From an uncultured Eubacteriales bacterium (GTDB lineage Bacteria; Bacillota; Clostridia; Oscillospirales; CAG-272): a stretch of 64,000 nt of DNA. The notes under the pieces are model-generated. The model had not been told where the DNA came from, searched no databases, and saw nothing but the letters and a program-made list of their open reading frames with translations. Location: assembly GCA_900547725.1 (NCBI GenBank), contig URHR01000001.1, forward strand, positions 19,894 to 83,893. The letters run 5' to 3'. This document shows positions 26,085 to 36,856 of this stretch, piece by piece (within the stretch, counting starts at the first letter, position 1; each line of letters starts with the position of its first letter). The position numbers and the translations under genes are program-made.

Positions 26085-28457
26085 TCAGCATGCTTCAATT
26101 TTGTAGCTGCCACCTTTCAAATCCAAAATGCGGCGGCCATATAACCAATCCGGCCGATATCCGGGAACGTCGGTAAAAATATAACCATCCGGCAGCACAA
26201 TTTCACCGGAAACCCCTTCCTCTTTTTCCACGATCAGAAGAATATGCTCCTCTTGTCGCTTCCAATGCACGGCAATACGCCCCTTTACAGTCAATTGCTC
26301 ACCCCGAGCCTCTTGCAGAGTACTGATAAAATTCGGCTGTACACGAACATAGGACGGTTGCATACGATATGGATTGATCTGCAACCCAGCAATATGGGAA
26401 ATAAAGAAACCACTGTAATCGGCCGTGAAGTGATGATTGAGCGAAGCCTGATAACCGTTTATCGTTTTCGCAAAGATTTCAGGCACCGATACCATACCAA
26501 AATCTGCAACTGTAATACCATAGGAAGGAGCATCTGTCCGGGTAATCATATGATAAGCCAATTCGGCATCTCCAAAAGCAGCCAAAACACGAAAAACTGT
26601 TCTGGCGCCGATAATTCCAAAATCAATCCGATCACCGTTGCTATGAATCATTTCCTTTAAACGTCGGTACGCCGGTTCCCGTTCGCCATACTCAAAAATA
26701 TCATAATATAATCCCATTGCTTGTGCGCATTGGCAATTCCCTTTAACTGTGCAAGTATTCCAATCCACGAGATATTTCCGAATAGAGGCATTTAGTTCCT
26801 TGCCCAGCAGACAGGCAAATTGCTGTTGTTCTTTCAATCCAACCAAGCCAAACATCCATTCGGCACGCCGGCAGATGCTATAAGCCGTAATCGTATCTGA
26901 AACATCATTCGGACATAGGTGATTTTCTCCTCCTCCGCGAAGCGAATGGCAATAATCCCCCAACCCAAATTTCAATATGCCCATGTTGTCCCGCCGTTTG
27001 GAAATATAATTGAGGTATCTGAACACAGCGTCCGAGCTCTCGAGGAAGAGTGATGCATCTCCCCGATAAAGGTAGGTTTGATAGGGTAATTCTACAATGA
27101 CCTGATCCCATACCGGTCCATTCCCCCATGCAAACCCCCAACCAGAGGTTGGAATAATACCCGGCAGAGCACCATCTTCACGCTGTGCGGCACAAATCAT
27201 ACGAAGCCACTGCTTATAGCTTCTCTCCACTCCTAAATTCTGCAGCATATGCTCCGCAGAGAGGGCAGCATCTCCCGTCCAACCATTCTTTTCCCGATGC
27301 GGGCAATCGGTTGGAAAATAAACAAAGTTAGCCAAATCGCTGATACGCGCATTTTGCTGCAACCGATTGGCAATTGGATCCGAACAGCAAAAACTCCCGC
27401 GTTCACTCAGATCGGAATTTTGTACGAGCATGGTAACGGTATCCGGTGCAATCTGACTTTCATCCGCACCGATCACCATGACATACCGTCCGCCGTGATA
27501 GGTGAAAGAAGGTACGTACTCCTCTGTCCCATCTCCCTTACAGATATACACATCGCGCTGTGCGAATCCTTGCGGATAAAATCTTGCAATGTTTTCAAAG
27601 GACATTTCACCGTCCGCACTGCAATATTCGGCGCACTGCAGCACAATACGCTGACCTTTCTTTCCCTTAATCTTCAGTTTAGGAACAAAAGCGGCATTTT
27701 CTTCAAACTCGAAAATATATCCTTCCTCATTCGTATCCGGTTGATAAAACGCAGTTTTGGAAAGCTCTACAGCCGCCGGGCTGATCTTTTTTGGTAAAAC
27801 AGTCGGTGCAACATGTCCTTTATAAAACTTTACTGCTTTCAGTTCTTTGGTAATCACTACCCGGTCAGTATCATTTGGCAACTTTTTTCCGCGGGTAACA
27901 CCGGAGAAAATAGCCGGAGTCCAAGCACTGTCATCAAAATCAGGCGAATTCCATCCATCTATTTCCAATGTCGCGTTGTAGTGCTCGCCACTTCGCAAAT
28001 CATCAAATATAATGGGTGAAGGGGCGCAGCGAAAAGTTTCATCAGCTTCAAAGCATAACGTTTTCTCACCGCAGACCGCCTCAAAAGACAACGCCACTTG
28101 AGGAGCAGAACGGAAAGAAGCTTTATCAAAATCCCATACAAACCCACCAATTGCATTGGATATTCCGTTTCCAAGCAGCAGCCCGATACAGTTTTTTCCC
28201 TGACGAAGCAGAGTATGTACATCATAAGTATCATAAAACAACATCTGATCAGGATTCGAAATATAGGGAGCCAATCGACCGTTGGTAATCTCAACTGAGT
28301 TGATCCATAACCGGTAAAATCCAGTGCAGGTCAGCGTAACCAATGCAGAATCCGGCACTGTATCCAGCACAAAAGTTTTACGCAGATAAGGAGCAGGAAT
28401 CGGCCTATCATAAGTGGCATAGTCGTGTGTAGCTTTAATTAATTTGGATGATAACAT
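26085..28457 (-). CDS. Alpha-L-rhamnosidase, GH78 family, cytoplasmic
   Basis: Motif FPTDCPHREKNGWTGDA plus an N-terminal rhamnosidase-like block (FYRLWINSVEITNGRLAPYISNPD). RBS GGGAGA. Confidence 0.9.
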   Translation of the reverse strand: MLSSKLIKATHDYATYDRPIPAPYLRKTFVLDTVPDSALVTLTCTGFYRLWINSVEITNGRLAPYISNPDQMLFYDTYDVHTLLRQGKNCIGLLLGNGISNAIGGFVWDFDKASFRSAPQVALSFEAVCGEKTLCFEADETFRCAPSPIIFDDLRSGEHYNATLEIDGWNSPDFDDSAWTPAIFSGVTRGKKLPNDTDRVVITKELKAVKFYKGHVAPTVLPKKISPAAVELSKTAFYQPDTNEEGYIFEFEENAAFVPKLKIKGKKGQRIVLQCAEYCSADGEMSFENIARFYPQGFAQRDVYICKGDGTEEYVPSFTYHGGRYVMVIGADESQIAPDTVTMLVQNSDLSERGSFCCSDPIANRLQQNARISDLANFVYFPTDCPHREKNGWTGDAALSAEHMLQNLGVERSYKQWLRMICAAQREDGALPGIIPTSGWGFAWGNGPVWDQVIVELPYQTYLYRGDASLFLESSDAVFRYLNYISKRRDNMGILKFGLGDYCHSLRGGGENHLCPNDVSDTITAYSICRRAEWMFGLVGLKEQQQFACLLGKELNASIRKYLVDWNTCTVKGNCQCAQAMGLYYDIFEYGEREPAYRRLKEMIHSNGDRIDFGIIGARTVFRVLAAFGDAELAYHMITRTDAPSYGITVADFGMVSVPEIFAKTINGYQASLNHHFTADYSGFFISHIAGLQINPYRMQPSYVRVQPNFISTLQEARGEQLTVKGRIAVHWKRQEEHILLIVEKEEGVSGEIVLPDGYIFTDVPGYRPDWLYGRRILDLKGGSYKIEAC

Positions 28458-28471
28458 ACAGATTCTCCCTT

Positions 28472-29683
28472 TTATAAATTACAATTGGATATCGTTACAT
28501 CGGCAAACAGCGGGAAATGGTCTGAAGCGGAAAGAGTACACTCATCTACTGCTACTCCAAACACAGATACCTCTGCGTGACCTTTGGCTAAAAAAATACG
28601 GTCAAACGATTGAATGGCATCTGTATCTGTCTCTGCACCTCCATCCGGCTGCATCAGTCCCAACTCTGTCCGGAATTTTGGATAGGGATGATAAGATTTG
28701 GTCTGAGCTGCGTATACAGTGGCCAGATCTTTCACATACACACATCCGACAGTTTCCGTCAGATACTTGTAGGATTTACTGGTTTTAATAAAGTTGAAGT
28801 CCCCCATCAGGAAAACCGGTACATCCGGCTCATCACAGTGCAAAGTATGAATTAACTCCTCAATTTCCTGCACCTGTCCAAGCCCCACCACAACGTTTCC
28901 CCCTTCCAACTGGGTATTCAACACGATGTATCGGCACCCTGTCTTTTTATCTTTGAGCTTCGCCCATGTCAACAGCCTGGTCTCGCCGTTTTCCTGCTGA
29001 TTCCGAAAGATCACAACCTTGGAATCGATCAATTCAGTTGTAGCGATATGATAAAGAATGGGAGACACATTCCGCCGACGATAAGTACCGTTCACCTTGG
29101 GATCGGTACTCTCCCGATATCCCAATTTTTCCAACAAAGTAATGATATTCTGATCACCGGCATATATCCGATTGTTGTCAGCACATTCCTGCAACCCCAG
29201 TACATCGGGACGATACGCTTGAACCACATTCGCTTGCAGAATATTCCGCTCGCAGACGTTTGGATGCCCCCAAAGAACATTATACGACATTAACCGCACG
29301 TTTCCGCAATGACGATAAGCATAACCCGAGGATGTCCCAAAATCATTCAGCAGATCGCTGTAATGACCACAGTAATCATCTCCGTCTTTCCAAACATTTC
29401 CCTGTCTGGTTTTCCGGCAGTATTCTTCAACTGCACCGTCTAAACCAAGGTAATCGGCGGCAGACAAACAAATAACATCTCCGTCTGACACGATCCGAAA
29501 CGAGCCGGGCGTGTAGCTCCGGTTAAAAGCCAATACAATACGCCGTTTTGCACACGCCTTTCGCAGAGTTTGCTCCCTCTCGAGCAATGTTGCCAATTTT
29601 ATGGCTTCGCGCTTCAAAAGATAATCGTTTTCACCGTATGAAACTTTAATCTGTTCAGCTTCGAGTTCCAATGTATATATCAT
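28472..29683 (-). CDS. EEP-family protein without a signal peptide (tandem paralog of the next gene)
   Basis: RLMSYNVLWGHP, VLGLQECADNNR, LMGDFNF, SASDHFPLFADV. Long stretches are near-identical to 29701..31509. Confidence 0.85.
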   Translation of the reverse strand: MIYTLELEAEQIKVSYGENDYLLKREAIKLATLLEREQTLRKACAKRRIVLAFNRSYTPGSFRIVSDGDVICLSAADYLGLDGAVEEYCRKTRQGNVWKDGDDYCGHYSDLLNDFGTSSGYAYRHCGNVRLMSYNVLWGHPNVCERNILQANVVQAYRPDVLGLQECADNNRIYAGDQNIITLLEKLGYRESTDPKVNGTYRRRNVSPILYHIATTELIDSKVVIFRNQQENGETRLLTWAKLKDKKTGCRYIVLNTQLEGGNVVVGLGQVQEIEELIHTLHCDEPDVPVFLMGDFNFIKTSKSYKYLTETVGCVYVKDLATVYAAQTKSYHPYPKFRTELGLMQPDGGAETDTDAIQSFDRIFLAKGHAEVSVFGVAVDECTLSASDHFPLFADVTISNCNL

Positions 29684-29700
29684 TTTTATTACCTGACTTT

Positions 29701-31509
29701 CTACCGATTGGCAAATACAAAATCAATAAAGATGGGGAAATGATCCGAAGCAGAGAGCGTACACTCATCGGCTATACAACCGTACACACGCACATCTGCC
29801 TCTCCTGTCGCTAAAAAGATATTGTCAAAGCTAAGTTGCCCTTGGTTATCATAACCGATGCCTCCAGCCGGCAACATCATACCATGGACCCGATCAAATC
29901 TCGGATAATCATGTGTCGATTTTGTAGTGGATACAAAATCGGTCGCAAGATCTCTTGTATGCCGGTATCCCGCTGTATTGACAATATAAGAATAGGTAGC
30001 GCTGGAGTGATTGAAGTTAAAATCTCCAATTAAGAATACCGGAACTCCCGAATACCTCTGCGATAGACTTTGAATCAGCGCCTCAATCTCCTGAACCTGT
30101 CCCAGCCCGACGACAGCATTTCCGCCTTCGAGATGAGTATTGACCACGATATAGTTTTTACCGTTGGCTTTATTCCGCAATACAGCCCAACTCAAAACCC
30201 GTGTTTCGCCTTTTGGTAATTGTTGATTCTCATAAATGTGATAATCGCTTTCCAGTACCTCTGTGGTGGCAGTGTGATAGAGGATGGGGCAAACATTATA
30301 TTTCCGGTATACCTCAGGCATCTCAGGATTCATGCTCTCCCGATATCCCAATGCTTCCAAAAGTGTGATAATGTTATTTTCGTTTGTAAGACGATTGTTA
30401 AAATCACATTCCTGCAATCCCAATACATCCGGCATATACTGCTTAATCATCTCACTCTGTAACCGGTTTCGCGCTGCAATATCCGGATGCCCCCAAAGTA
30501 CATTGTAGGACATTATGCGCACGTCACCTGCCGGCAAATAGGCATACTTGGTGGATTGAGTAAGTTTTGTAAGATGATCCTTATAATTGCCTTTAACGGA
30601 AAATCCATCTCGGAACGGGTAATAACCGTTTGGTGCCGCAGTTTCGAGGTATCGAAAAATCCCTTCAAATCCATAATAAGTGGAAGCAGCAAGCGTAATG
30701 CTTTTTTCAGACACTGTAATCTCAAAATCTCCCTGCGGCAATGCTTCGCTTTCCTCAATCACAATTTGTATCCCATCACCTGTCGGTGCGGAAGTGGTAG
30801 TTACCAAAGACTTTCCCGAAAGTGTCTTGATCGCCTCGCTTACACGATACGCATATCGAGCTGGCATCTGCGCCGCGCTATCATACACCACGCAGTAATC
30901 CGAAGCCGGATAATCAAAAAATGGGAACAAAGAAAATTGGATTCTCTGTACGGCCAAATAATTACGTGGTATCAACAATTCCGCCAATACCGGTGTTGTC
31001 GGCAGTTCTCCTTCCGGCTCTGCACCAAATACATCCTGCACAAACTGCGAAATTGCCAAATATAAACCGCTTTGTGTTTCGGAGTTAAAAAGCAATTTGT
31101 CCCCTACAACTGAAACGGAATATCCTTGTGCGTAGTCTACATCGCTTTTCTCTGTCTGTTCCGGACGATTCGTTATCCCCAACAAAATCTCCTTTTCGGC
31201 TCTCTCACCGCCACCCATATCCGAGGTTTCGGAATCCTTCCTCACCTGCAATTTGGCACCGGTATATGCTTCTACCGTTCCGGCCAACCGTTCTGCCATT
31301 GCCCGCACATATGTTTTGGGGTGCTCCGGAATCACAATTACATAGTCAGTTTTGTGATTTTTAACTACCTGCAAATTTTCTGTTTTCATCGGTCCTGTTG
31401 TGTCTGACAGACCGCCGGAATTTTGCGCATTTTTTCCATTACAACCAAACAGTAAAGCAATCACAAGTAATATCCCCCATGATGCAAACCTTTTTGATCG
31501 ACATTTCAT
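29701..31509 (-). CDS. Lipoprotein with an N-terminal alpha/beta module and an EEP-fold hydrolase domain
   Basis: Lipobox GILLVIALLFGC. N-module motif EILLGITNRPEQ. EEP motifs RIMSYNVLWGHP, VLGLQECDFNNR, LIGDFNF, SASDHFPIFIDF. Confidence 0.85.
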   Translation of the reverse strand: MKCRSKRFASWGILLVIALLFGCNGKNAQNSGGLSDTTGPMKTENLQVVKNHKTDYVIVIPEHPKTYVRAMAERLAGTVEAYTGAKLQVRKDSETSDMGGGERAEKEILLGITNRPEQTEKSDVDYAQGYSVSVVGDKLLFNSETQSGLYLAISQFVQDVFGAEPEGELPTTPVLAELLIPRNYLAVQRIQFSLFPFFDYPASDYCVVYDSAAQMPARYAYRVSEAIKTLSGKSLVTTTSAPTGDGIQIVIEESEALPQGDFEITVSEKSITLAASTYYGFEGIFRYLETAAPNGYYPFRDGFSVKGNYKDHLTKLTQSTKYAYLPAGDVRIMSYNVLWGHPDIAARNRLQSEMIKQYMPDVLGLQECDFNNRLTNENNIITLLEALGYRESMNPEMPEVYRKYNVCPILYHTATTEVLESDYHIYENQQLPKGETRVLSWAVLRNKANGKNYIVVNTHLEGGNAVVGLGQVQEIEALIQSLSQRYSGVPVFLIGDFNFNHSSATYSYIVNTAGYRHTRDLATDFVSTTKSTHDYPRFDRVHGMMLPAGGIGYDNQGQLSFDNIFLATGEADVRVYGCIADECTLSASDHFPIFIDFVFANR

Positions 31510-31638
31510 ATTCTAAACCTCTATCACAAAATCAAAATTCCAATTATAGGGTATCCCGAACAATTGTTATTCGGAATACCCCTTTTTGTATCAATCTATT
31601 GAACCAACATCATCGGCAGGCTATTCTTTAGCCGCACT

Positions 31639-31758
31639 TTAAGGATTGCCCCATTCCTTTTTATCTTCGCCATAAGGCTGGGAAATGGATACAGATTCGG
31701 TCAAAATATCTTGCGGCAGAGGCATAAAAAGCGCCTCGGGTCTTTGATAACTTTTCAC
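31639..31758 (-). CDS. Micro-ORF P3 (39 aa, GTG start), member of the QDILT peptide family
   Basis: Not in the ORF track. My translation is (M)KSYQRPEALFMPLPQDILTESVSISQPYGEDKKEWGNP. RBS AAGGAGGAA lies 8 nt upstream and abuts the TAA stop of the GLUG gene. Confidence 0.55.
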   Translation of the reverse strand: MKSYQRPEALFMPLPQDILTESVSISQPYGEDKKEWGNP

Positions 31759-31771
31759 AGAATGTTCCTCC

Positions 31772-33499
31772 TTATTCCTTGTATGCGTCTGCAAACGCCT
31801 TTATTTTGGCAAGCGAACTATTACTGTAAGGACTGTAATTTCCTTCTTTTTCCACATAGTAGGGATAGTCCTCAGATTGTGCATCTGCGCGATCGGCATA
31901 AGCTTCCCGTGCAACAGATGCAATGGTACGGGAGTGATCCTGTTCGATATAATCCGAATAAAAAGTAACGGATAAATCTCCAACAGTAATCGTCAGGTAT
32001 CCGACCGCACTGTATGCCAAGTTGTAGTTGGACTCAAACAGGTTAGCTACCGCACCGGAAAAGGTGTATGCAGTGTCGGTCTCCTCTAAAAATTTATAAA
32101 CGGTTGTGTCGAACGGTACGTTAATGTAAGGATCAAAAGCAAACCCTTGCTCTTTCTTGTATGTATCCAAGGCATCAGCGGTGAAAGTACCAACAGCCTT
32201 TACATATTTGGTTGGCGCGATGAGGGTGCCGATTTGCACGGTAACGTTGTCTGCTTTAAGCAGCGCATCTAACGTAGATTTTTTGATTTCAGTATCAAAA
32301 CGCAGACCTGTGGGATCGTCCAGCCGTACAGAAGCACCGGTCAGAGTTTTGAGAGTAATGTCGGTTACACAACCGGATGCACTCAAATTCCCCTTCCCCT
32401 TGTTTCCGGCCAAATTATGACCGCTAGCATAGCAGTTTTTCAGGTTTAACTGCTTCGCCTCATTCATACCAACCAGTTCACCCATAAAACCGGGGTCGGT
32501 TCCTTTACCGGACAGCATCTTGCCGGCATTAAAGCAATTCTCTATATTATAAACTGCCTTACTTCTGGCATCGCCAATGATACCGCCGGTGCGGCCATGT
32601 CCACGATTGGTCTCCACAAAGATATCCCCATAGTTCACACAGTTGCTGATAGATACCGTTGTATCTGTAGCCGCATCACCAACGGCTACGATACCACCAG
32701 AATACGCGATGGTAGCAGATCCGGTAAAGATTTGCGAAATATCTGCATAATTTGTGCAATTGGTTATCTGGGCTGCCTCGATTCTGGCCGCAATTCCGGC
32801 TGTATATTGCCGCTCTTTATTGGTGCCAGAAGTCGTTACCTGAAGTTGAATCTTTCCGTGTGCCGTACAATCCTGAATTTTACCTCCGGCGGCCAACATG
32901 CCGGTAATTCCGCCAAAGTAAAAATCAACTGATTTTGCTTCACGGGTAATTTGCACATCAGCATACACGGTGCAATTTTCAACAGCAGAACCGCCATAAA
33001 CAGATGCGCACAGTAAGCCGCTATAATTATTCTTTCTTGATCCGGCGCGTATATGACCGTGCACTGTGAGATTCTTTACTACAGCACCTCCATCCAACCT
33101 ACCAAAGAGTCCCGGTCTGTAATCCCGTTCCTCATTGATTGCAAAACCGGTTATGACTTTACCGTTTCCGTCAAATTTCCCCTTAAACGCTTTTCCTGCA
33201 TCATTCTGATTACCGATCCCTGTCCATTCCCGACCGCCAAGATCAATATCCGCAGTCAGAATATAATATTGATTATACGTAGCACTTCCATTTGAATTTA
33301 CAAGAGAGGCCAAATAAGCCAATTCTGAACCGTTTGAAATCTTCCACGGGTCATCATCAGTACCGGATCCACCGGAAAAAGATGCAGCAACGCTACCATC
33401 CCACGCAGCAGTGTCTGCTGCGATCGCCGGAAATTCCAGTAAAAAAGTCGAGAGCAACATGGCAAAAATGATGAAACATGATAAAACTTTGGTCTTCAT
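31772..33499 (-). CDS. Secreted GLUG-motif / beta-helix repeat protein
   Basis: Signal peptide MKTKVLSCFIIFAMLLSTFLLEFPAIA. N-terminal region DPWKISNGSELAYLA..ADIDLGG..FDGNGKVI..GLFG. Repeated GGI(T/V/I)G blocks. RBS GAGGAGG. Confidence 0.8.
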   Translation of the reverse strand: MKTKVLSCFIIFAMLLSTFLLEFPAIAADTAAWDGSVAASFSGGSGTDDDPWKISNGSELAYLASLVNSNGSATYNQYYILTADIDLGGREWTGIGNQNDAGKAFKGKFDGNGKVITGFAINEERDYRPGLFGRLDGGAVVKNLTVHGHIRAGSRKNNYSGLLCASVYGGSAVENCTVYADVQITREAKSVDFYFGGITGMLAAGGKIQDCTAHGKIQLQVTTSGTNKERQYTAGIAARIEAAQITNCTNYADISQIFTGSATIAYSGGIVAVGDAATDTTVSISNCVNYGDIFVETNRGHGRTGGIIGDARSKAVYNIENCFNAGKMLSGKGTDPGFMGELVGMNEAKQLNLKNCYASGHNLAGNKGKGNLSASGCVTDITLKTLTGASVRLDDPTGLRFDTEIKKSTLDALLKADNVTVQIGTLIAPTKYVKAVGTFTADALDTYKKEQGFAFDPYINVPFDTTVYKFLEETDTAYTFSGAVANLFESNYNLAYSAVGYLTITVGDLSVTFYSDYIEQDHSRTIASVAREAYADRADAQSEDYPYYVEKEGNYSPYSNSSLAKIKAFADAYKE

Positions 33500-33617
33500 A
33501 AGTTCCTCCTCAATTTTGTTTTTTATGATTGTTCCTTCAACGCCTATTTGCGTTGAAGGATCAATTCCTTAAAATATGTTACTGACCAAGTGCAGAAAAT
33601 GGATTACCATGGCAAAG

Positions 33618-33830
33618 TCAATACCGTTTACTCCACTCCCGGTTATCGGTAACATCCGGCTTAACCGGTTCATCTGAGTCGGCAAATTCGGTTGACTCCG
33701 GAAATTCAGCATTGGTTCCGGATGTCTTGTCAACCGCCTGTTGCATAGGCTTTTCACAGGCGCATAAGGAAGTGAGCAGCAGTGTCAGGCAAAGCAAGAA
33801 AATCATCCATACTTTATTCGTTCTATTCAT
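33618..33830 (-). CDS. Small acidic lipoprotein (70 aa)
   Basis: Lipobox LLLTSLCAC. RBS AGAGGAA 6 nt upstream. It lies between the SBP and GLUG genes. Confidence 0.55.
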   Translation of the reverse strand: MNRTNKVWMIFLLCLTLLLTSLCACEKPMQQAVDKTSGTNAEFPESTEFADSDEPVKPDVTDNREWSKRY

Positions 33831-33973
33831 ATTGATTCCTCTGCTTTGTTCATGTTAATTCCCCTGCCGCGCGACACCGGCACAGGTAAAAAGCAAGTAC
33901 ATTCCGATTAGAGGGTAGAAGCTCCGGAGCCGGAGTTACATATCAATCTTGCAATTGTCATCGAACAGATCTG

Positions 33974-35506
33974 TTATCTGGCTTCTTCCGAAGCCTTCCA
34001 CAATTCTTGGAAAGTCTGGTTCAGTTTAATTACTTCCTCAACGATCAAATCCCGTTTGCCCTTCAGAAGTGAACTGATCGTATTGGTACCGGAAGCATAC
34101 ATATCTCTCAGCTGTGTCGTACCGAACGCCTTAAAAGCAGTTCCAATATAGATATTAGCAGGATCAAAGAAGGTTGATGATTCCATAATCTCCAACATTC
34201 GTACGGATTCGGGATCCTTGGCATATCGCGTGGTCAGAGCTCTTTCGTAGTAAGCCGATTTTACAGTTTGATAACTCTCAGAAGCATAAGCCTCCAAGAA
34301 CTGGCTGGATTCCACCCGTTTGGCTCCCCCCACCGTGCGCGGGATAGCATACAGCAAGCATTGATCCTGAATATAGGAATAGTATTCATCCTGTGTCTCG
34401 GAATCAGATTTTGGCAGCGGTAAAATGCCATAGCCCTGTTTGGTTTCACCCAGATTCTTCATACCCGTTTCCTCCAGGAAGAAAAGCCGGAAGCTGGTCA
34501 AAGCTGCGGTACCTGCTGTAAATTTTCCGACCACATCAAAATAGGTAGAGCTGGTATATGATCCATCGCCATACATCATTCCCAAAATCTTATCTATTGC
34601 ATTAGAAAAATTGGCGGTAGAACTCAAATCATTGACATAAAGATTCTCCCCATCCTTTCCAACCACACGCAGACCGGCAGAGGCCATATAGCCATCCGTG
34701 AGGGAAGACCCCGATCCTACCCACATCACATAACCGAATTGATCATCAACATTCACGCCATTACCATCGAGATCGTTGTAAAAATTCGCTGACAGTTCAG
34801 CCACCTCATGAAAATCCCAATCTCCGTTCAGAACCGTTTGATAGGGATATTCCACACCAACATCGGTAAACAAATTTTTATTAAAAAACATTCCTATCAT
34901 GTACCGATAATAAGACAGCGAGAACTGACCGGTAAGAAGATACTGTGCATTTCCCACAGAGAGCGCATCATTGTAACCTTGAGAATAGTAATCCTTCTCT
35001 GTGTTGATAAAAGGCAAATCCAACAGATTGGCAAAATGCCCCAGCTGAGCCATCCCACACATACGATATCCGGCGGTAGTCATAATATTATAGGTATCAA
35101 AACCGCCATTGATCAGATTGGTAATTTCGTCAGTAATAAAATTGCTGTTTGTATCACCGACCCGTTCGTACACTTCAATTCTACAATTCAACCGATCTTC
35201 CAAATTAAGATTTCGTTTGAACATAGCATCTTGTACTACATTTACCTCAGACTCCTCCTGCAGCATTTCCCGCACCGTTTCACTCTGCACGTAGGAAAAA
35301 AGTCGGATAGTATGTTGCTCAAAATCCAAGTCATCCGGAAGATCGTCTACATCGTTGCGAATTTCTTCTGTTTGATCTTCTCCCCCAGTTGTCGTGGCAG
35401 TTTCTGTACTCTTCGGTTTTTCGGTCTTTGTTCCGCACGAAGCCAACGGAACAAGAAGCAGTAGAATGGCACAAAAAAGCGCCAATCTTTTTTTCAATAC
35501 GTCCAT
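33974..35506 (-). CDS. Large lipoprotein solute-binding protein (LplA-like)
   Basis: ATG at 35506; the track start is TTG. Lipobox LLLLVPLASC. Block MFKRNLNLEDRL is shared with the other large SBPs. Confidence 0.85.
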   Translation of the reverse strand: MDVLKKRLALFCAILLLLVPLASCGTKTEKPKSTETATTTGGEDQTEEIRNDVDDLPDDLDFEQHTIRLFSYVQSETVREMLQEESEVNVVQDAMFKRNLNLEDRLNCRIEVYERVGDTNSNFITDEITNLINGGFDTYNIMTTAGYRMCGMAQLGHFANLLDLPFINTEKDYYSQGYNDALSVGNAQYLLTGQFSLSYYRYMIGMFFNKNLFTDVGVEYPYQTVLNGDWDFHEVAELSANFYNDLDGNGVNVDDQFGYVMWVGSGSSLTDGYMASAGLRVVGKDGENLYVNDLSSTANFSNAIDKILGMMYGDGSYTSSTYFDVVGKFTAGTAALTSFRLFFLEETGMKNLGETKQGYGILPLPKSDSETQDEYYSYIQDQCLLYAIPRTVGGAKRVESSQFLEAYASESYQTVKSAYYERALTTRYAKDPESVRMLEIMESSTFFDPANIYIGTAFKAFGTTQLRDMYASGTNTISSLLKGKRDLIVEEVIKLNQTFQELWKASEEAR

Positions 35507-35549
35507 TTCCAATTAACTCCTCTCTTTCTTCCGATTTATCGGTACTTAT

Positions 35550-35558
35550 ATTATACCA
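35550..35558 (-). promoter_or_regulatory. Extended -10 element upstream of the SBP gene
   Basis: Minus strand reads TGGTATAAT. No good -35 is seen. Confidence 0.4.
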
Positions 35559-35833
35559 CTTCTAAATGACAAAAAAAGTGGTGATTTCGTCTAAAATGGT
35601 GGGTAAAACCGTCTGGTTTCAAATCAATTCTGTAACATTTGATAGCTTTACGCTATGAACCCGATAATAGCCACTTTCGGACATCTCCAAAAGCCGGTGC
35701 ATTTTGCTGATTGAATATTGTCTGCCTCCATTTGTTGAGCAACAAAATACTGATCATTTTAACGAATCCCCCCGGGGTAAGCACATTTTCGTACTCGCTT
35801 TGTGTCGAATTTCTCTCGACATAACAAAACCTC

Positions 35834-35860
35834 CTACGGTAGTTGTTGATACTACCATAG
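35834..35860 (-). terminator. Terminator-like hairpin after the AraC gene
   Basis: On the minus-strand RNA this forms a 10-bp stem (CUAUGGUAGU / ACUACCGUAG, one G-U pair) followed by GAGGUUUUGUU. Confidence 0.5.
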
Positions 35861-35911
35861 AAGGTTTTTTTCAATACCCGCTTTTTACGGAGTTGTTCAC
35901 TTGATACTTTT

Positions 35912-36856
35912 TTATTTCGTTAATGATCTCCCGCTATATATTTTTTGAAACTCTCTGGGTGTGCTACCAATGATTTTTTTGAATACTGTGCGAAAAGAAT
36001 GGACATCGTTGTACCCAACCATTTCGGAAACCATCTCAATTGAAGCATCCGTTTCAATCAAAAGTTCACAGGCATTTTGAATCCGAACTTTCTGCAAATA
36101 CTTGTTAAAGGTCATTCCGGTCACTTCATAAAATTTTTTGCTGATATAATTTGAATTGAAATACTTCTCTTGACAAATCTTTGAGAGAGTAATATTCTCT
36201 GTGTAATTTTCCATTACATAGTCGCAAATTTCCTGTATCGCCTTATGCTTGGGCCTTCCGCTCAAATTCGGTAAATGCTGCTGAAAAGCAGTGAGGAGAA
36301 TCTCTATTGCCATACAACGCAGCAAAGCATGATGCCCTGGTAGGTTTTTATGATATACATCCAACGCTTTTTCAAACAACGCCAATATCTGTCCATCGCT
36401 ATCATAATATACTCTGTCTGCTGGATCCATTTTAAGCAAAGAAACGTCAAAATCAATGTTTTGATGCCGGCATAACTCCGAGAGTGTACATTCCCCCGCT
36501 GTTTCTATCAAAAAATCAGGCGTAAACAGGAAATTGATCAAAACCAAATCATGGCTGGCGTTTTGATAATCATGAAATGTATTATAATCAATAAAGATGA
36601 AATTTCCTACTCCCAAATGCTGATATTCGGACACAACACCCTTCTTTTCAATATGCTGACTTACAGTGCCATTCAATACATATACCAATTCGAAGCATCG
36701 GTGATTATGCAATAACATATTGGCTTGTTGCGTTTTCAGAACTACACAGCTCTTGGAAATCAGTAAAGTCTTACTTGCGCCATTTTTAATTGCAGAAATA
36801 TCAGGACTGATTCCGGTAAGTGGGTTGCTGTTGTAAAATGCTTTTCTGTTTTTCAT
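35912..36856 (-). CDS. AraC/XylS-family transcriptional regulator
   Basis: HTH region TFNKYLQKVRIQNACELLIETDASIEMVSEMVGYNDVHSFRTVFKKIIGSTPREF. Start at MKNRKAF with a GGAG RBS. Confidence 0.9.
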   Translation of the reverse strand: MKNRKAFYNSNPLTGISPDISAIKNGASKTLLISKSCVVLKTQQANMLLHNHRCFELVYVLNGTVSQHIEKKGVVSEYQHLGVGNFIFIDYNTFHDYQNASHDLVLINFLFTPDFLIETAGECTLSELCRHQNIDFDVSLLKMDPADRVYYDSDGQILALFEKALDVYHKNLPGHHALLRCMAIEILLTAFQQHLPNLSGRPKHKAIQEICDYVMENYTENITLSKICQEKYFNSNYISKKFYEVTGMTFNKYLQKVRIQNACELLIETDASIEMVSEMVGYNDVHSFRTVFKKIIGSTPREFQKIYSGRSLTK

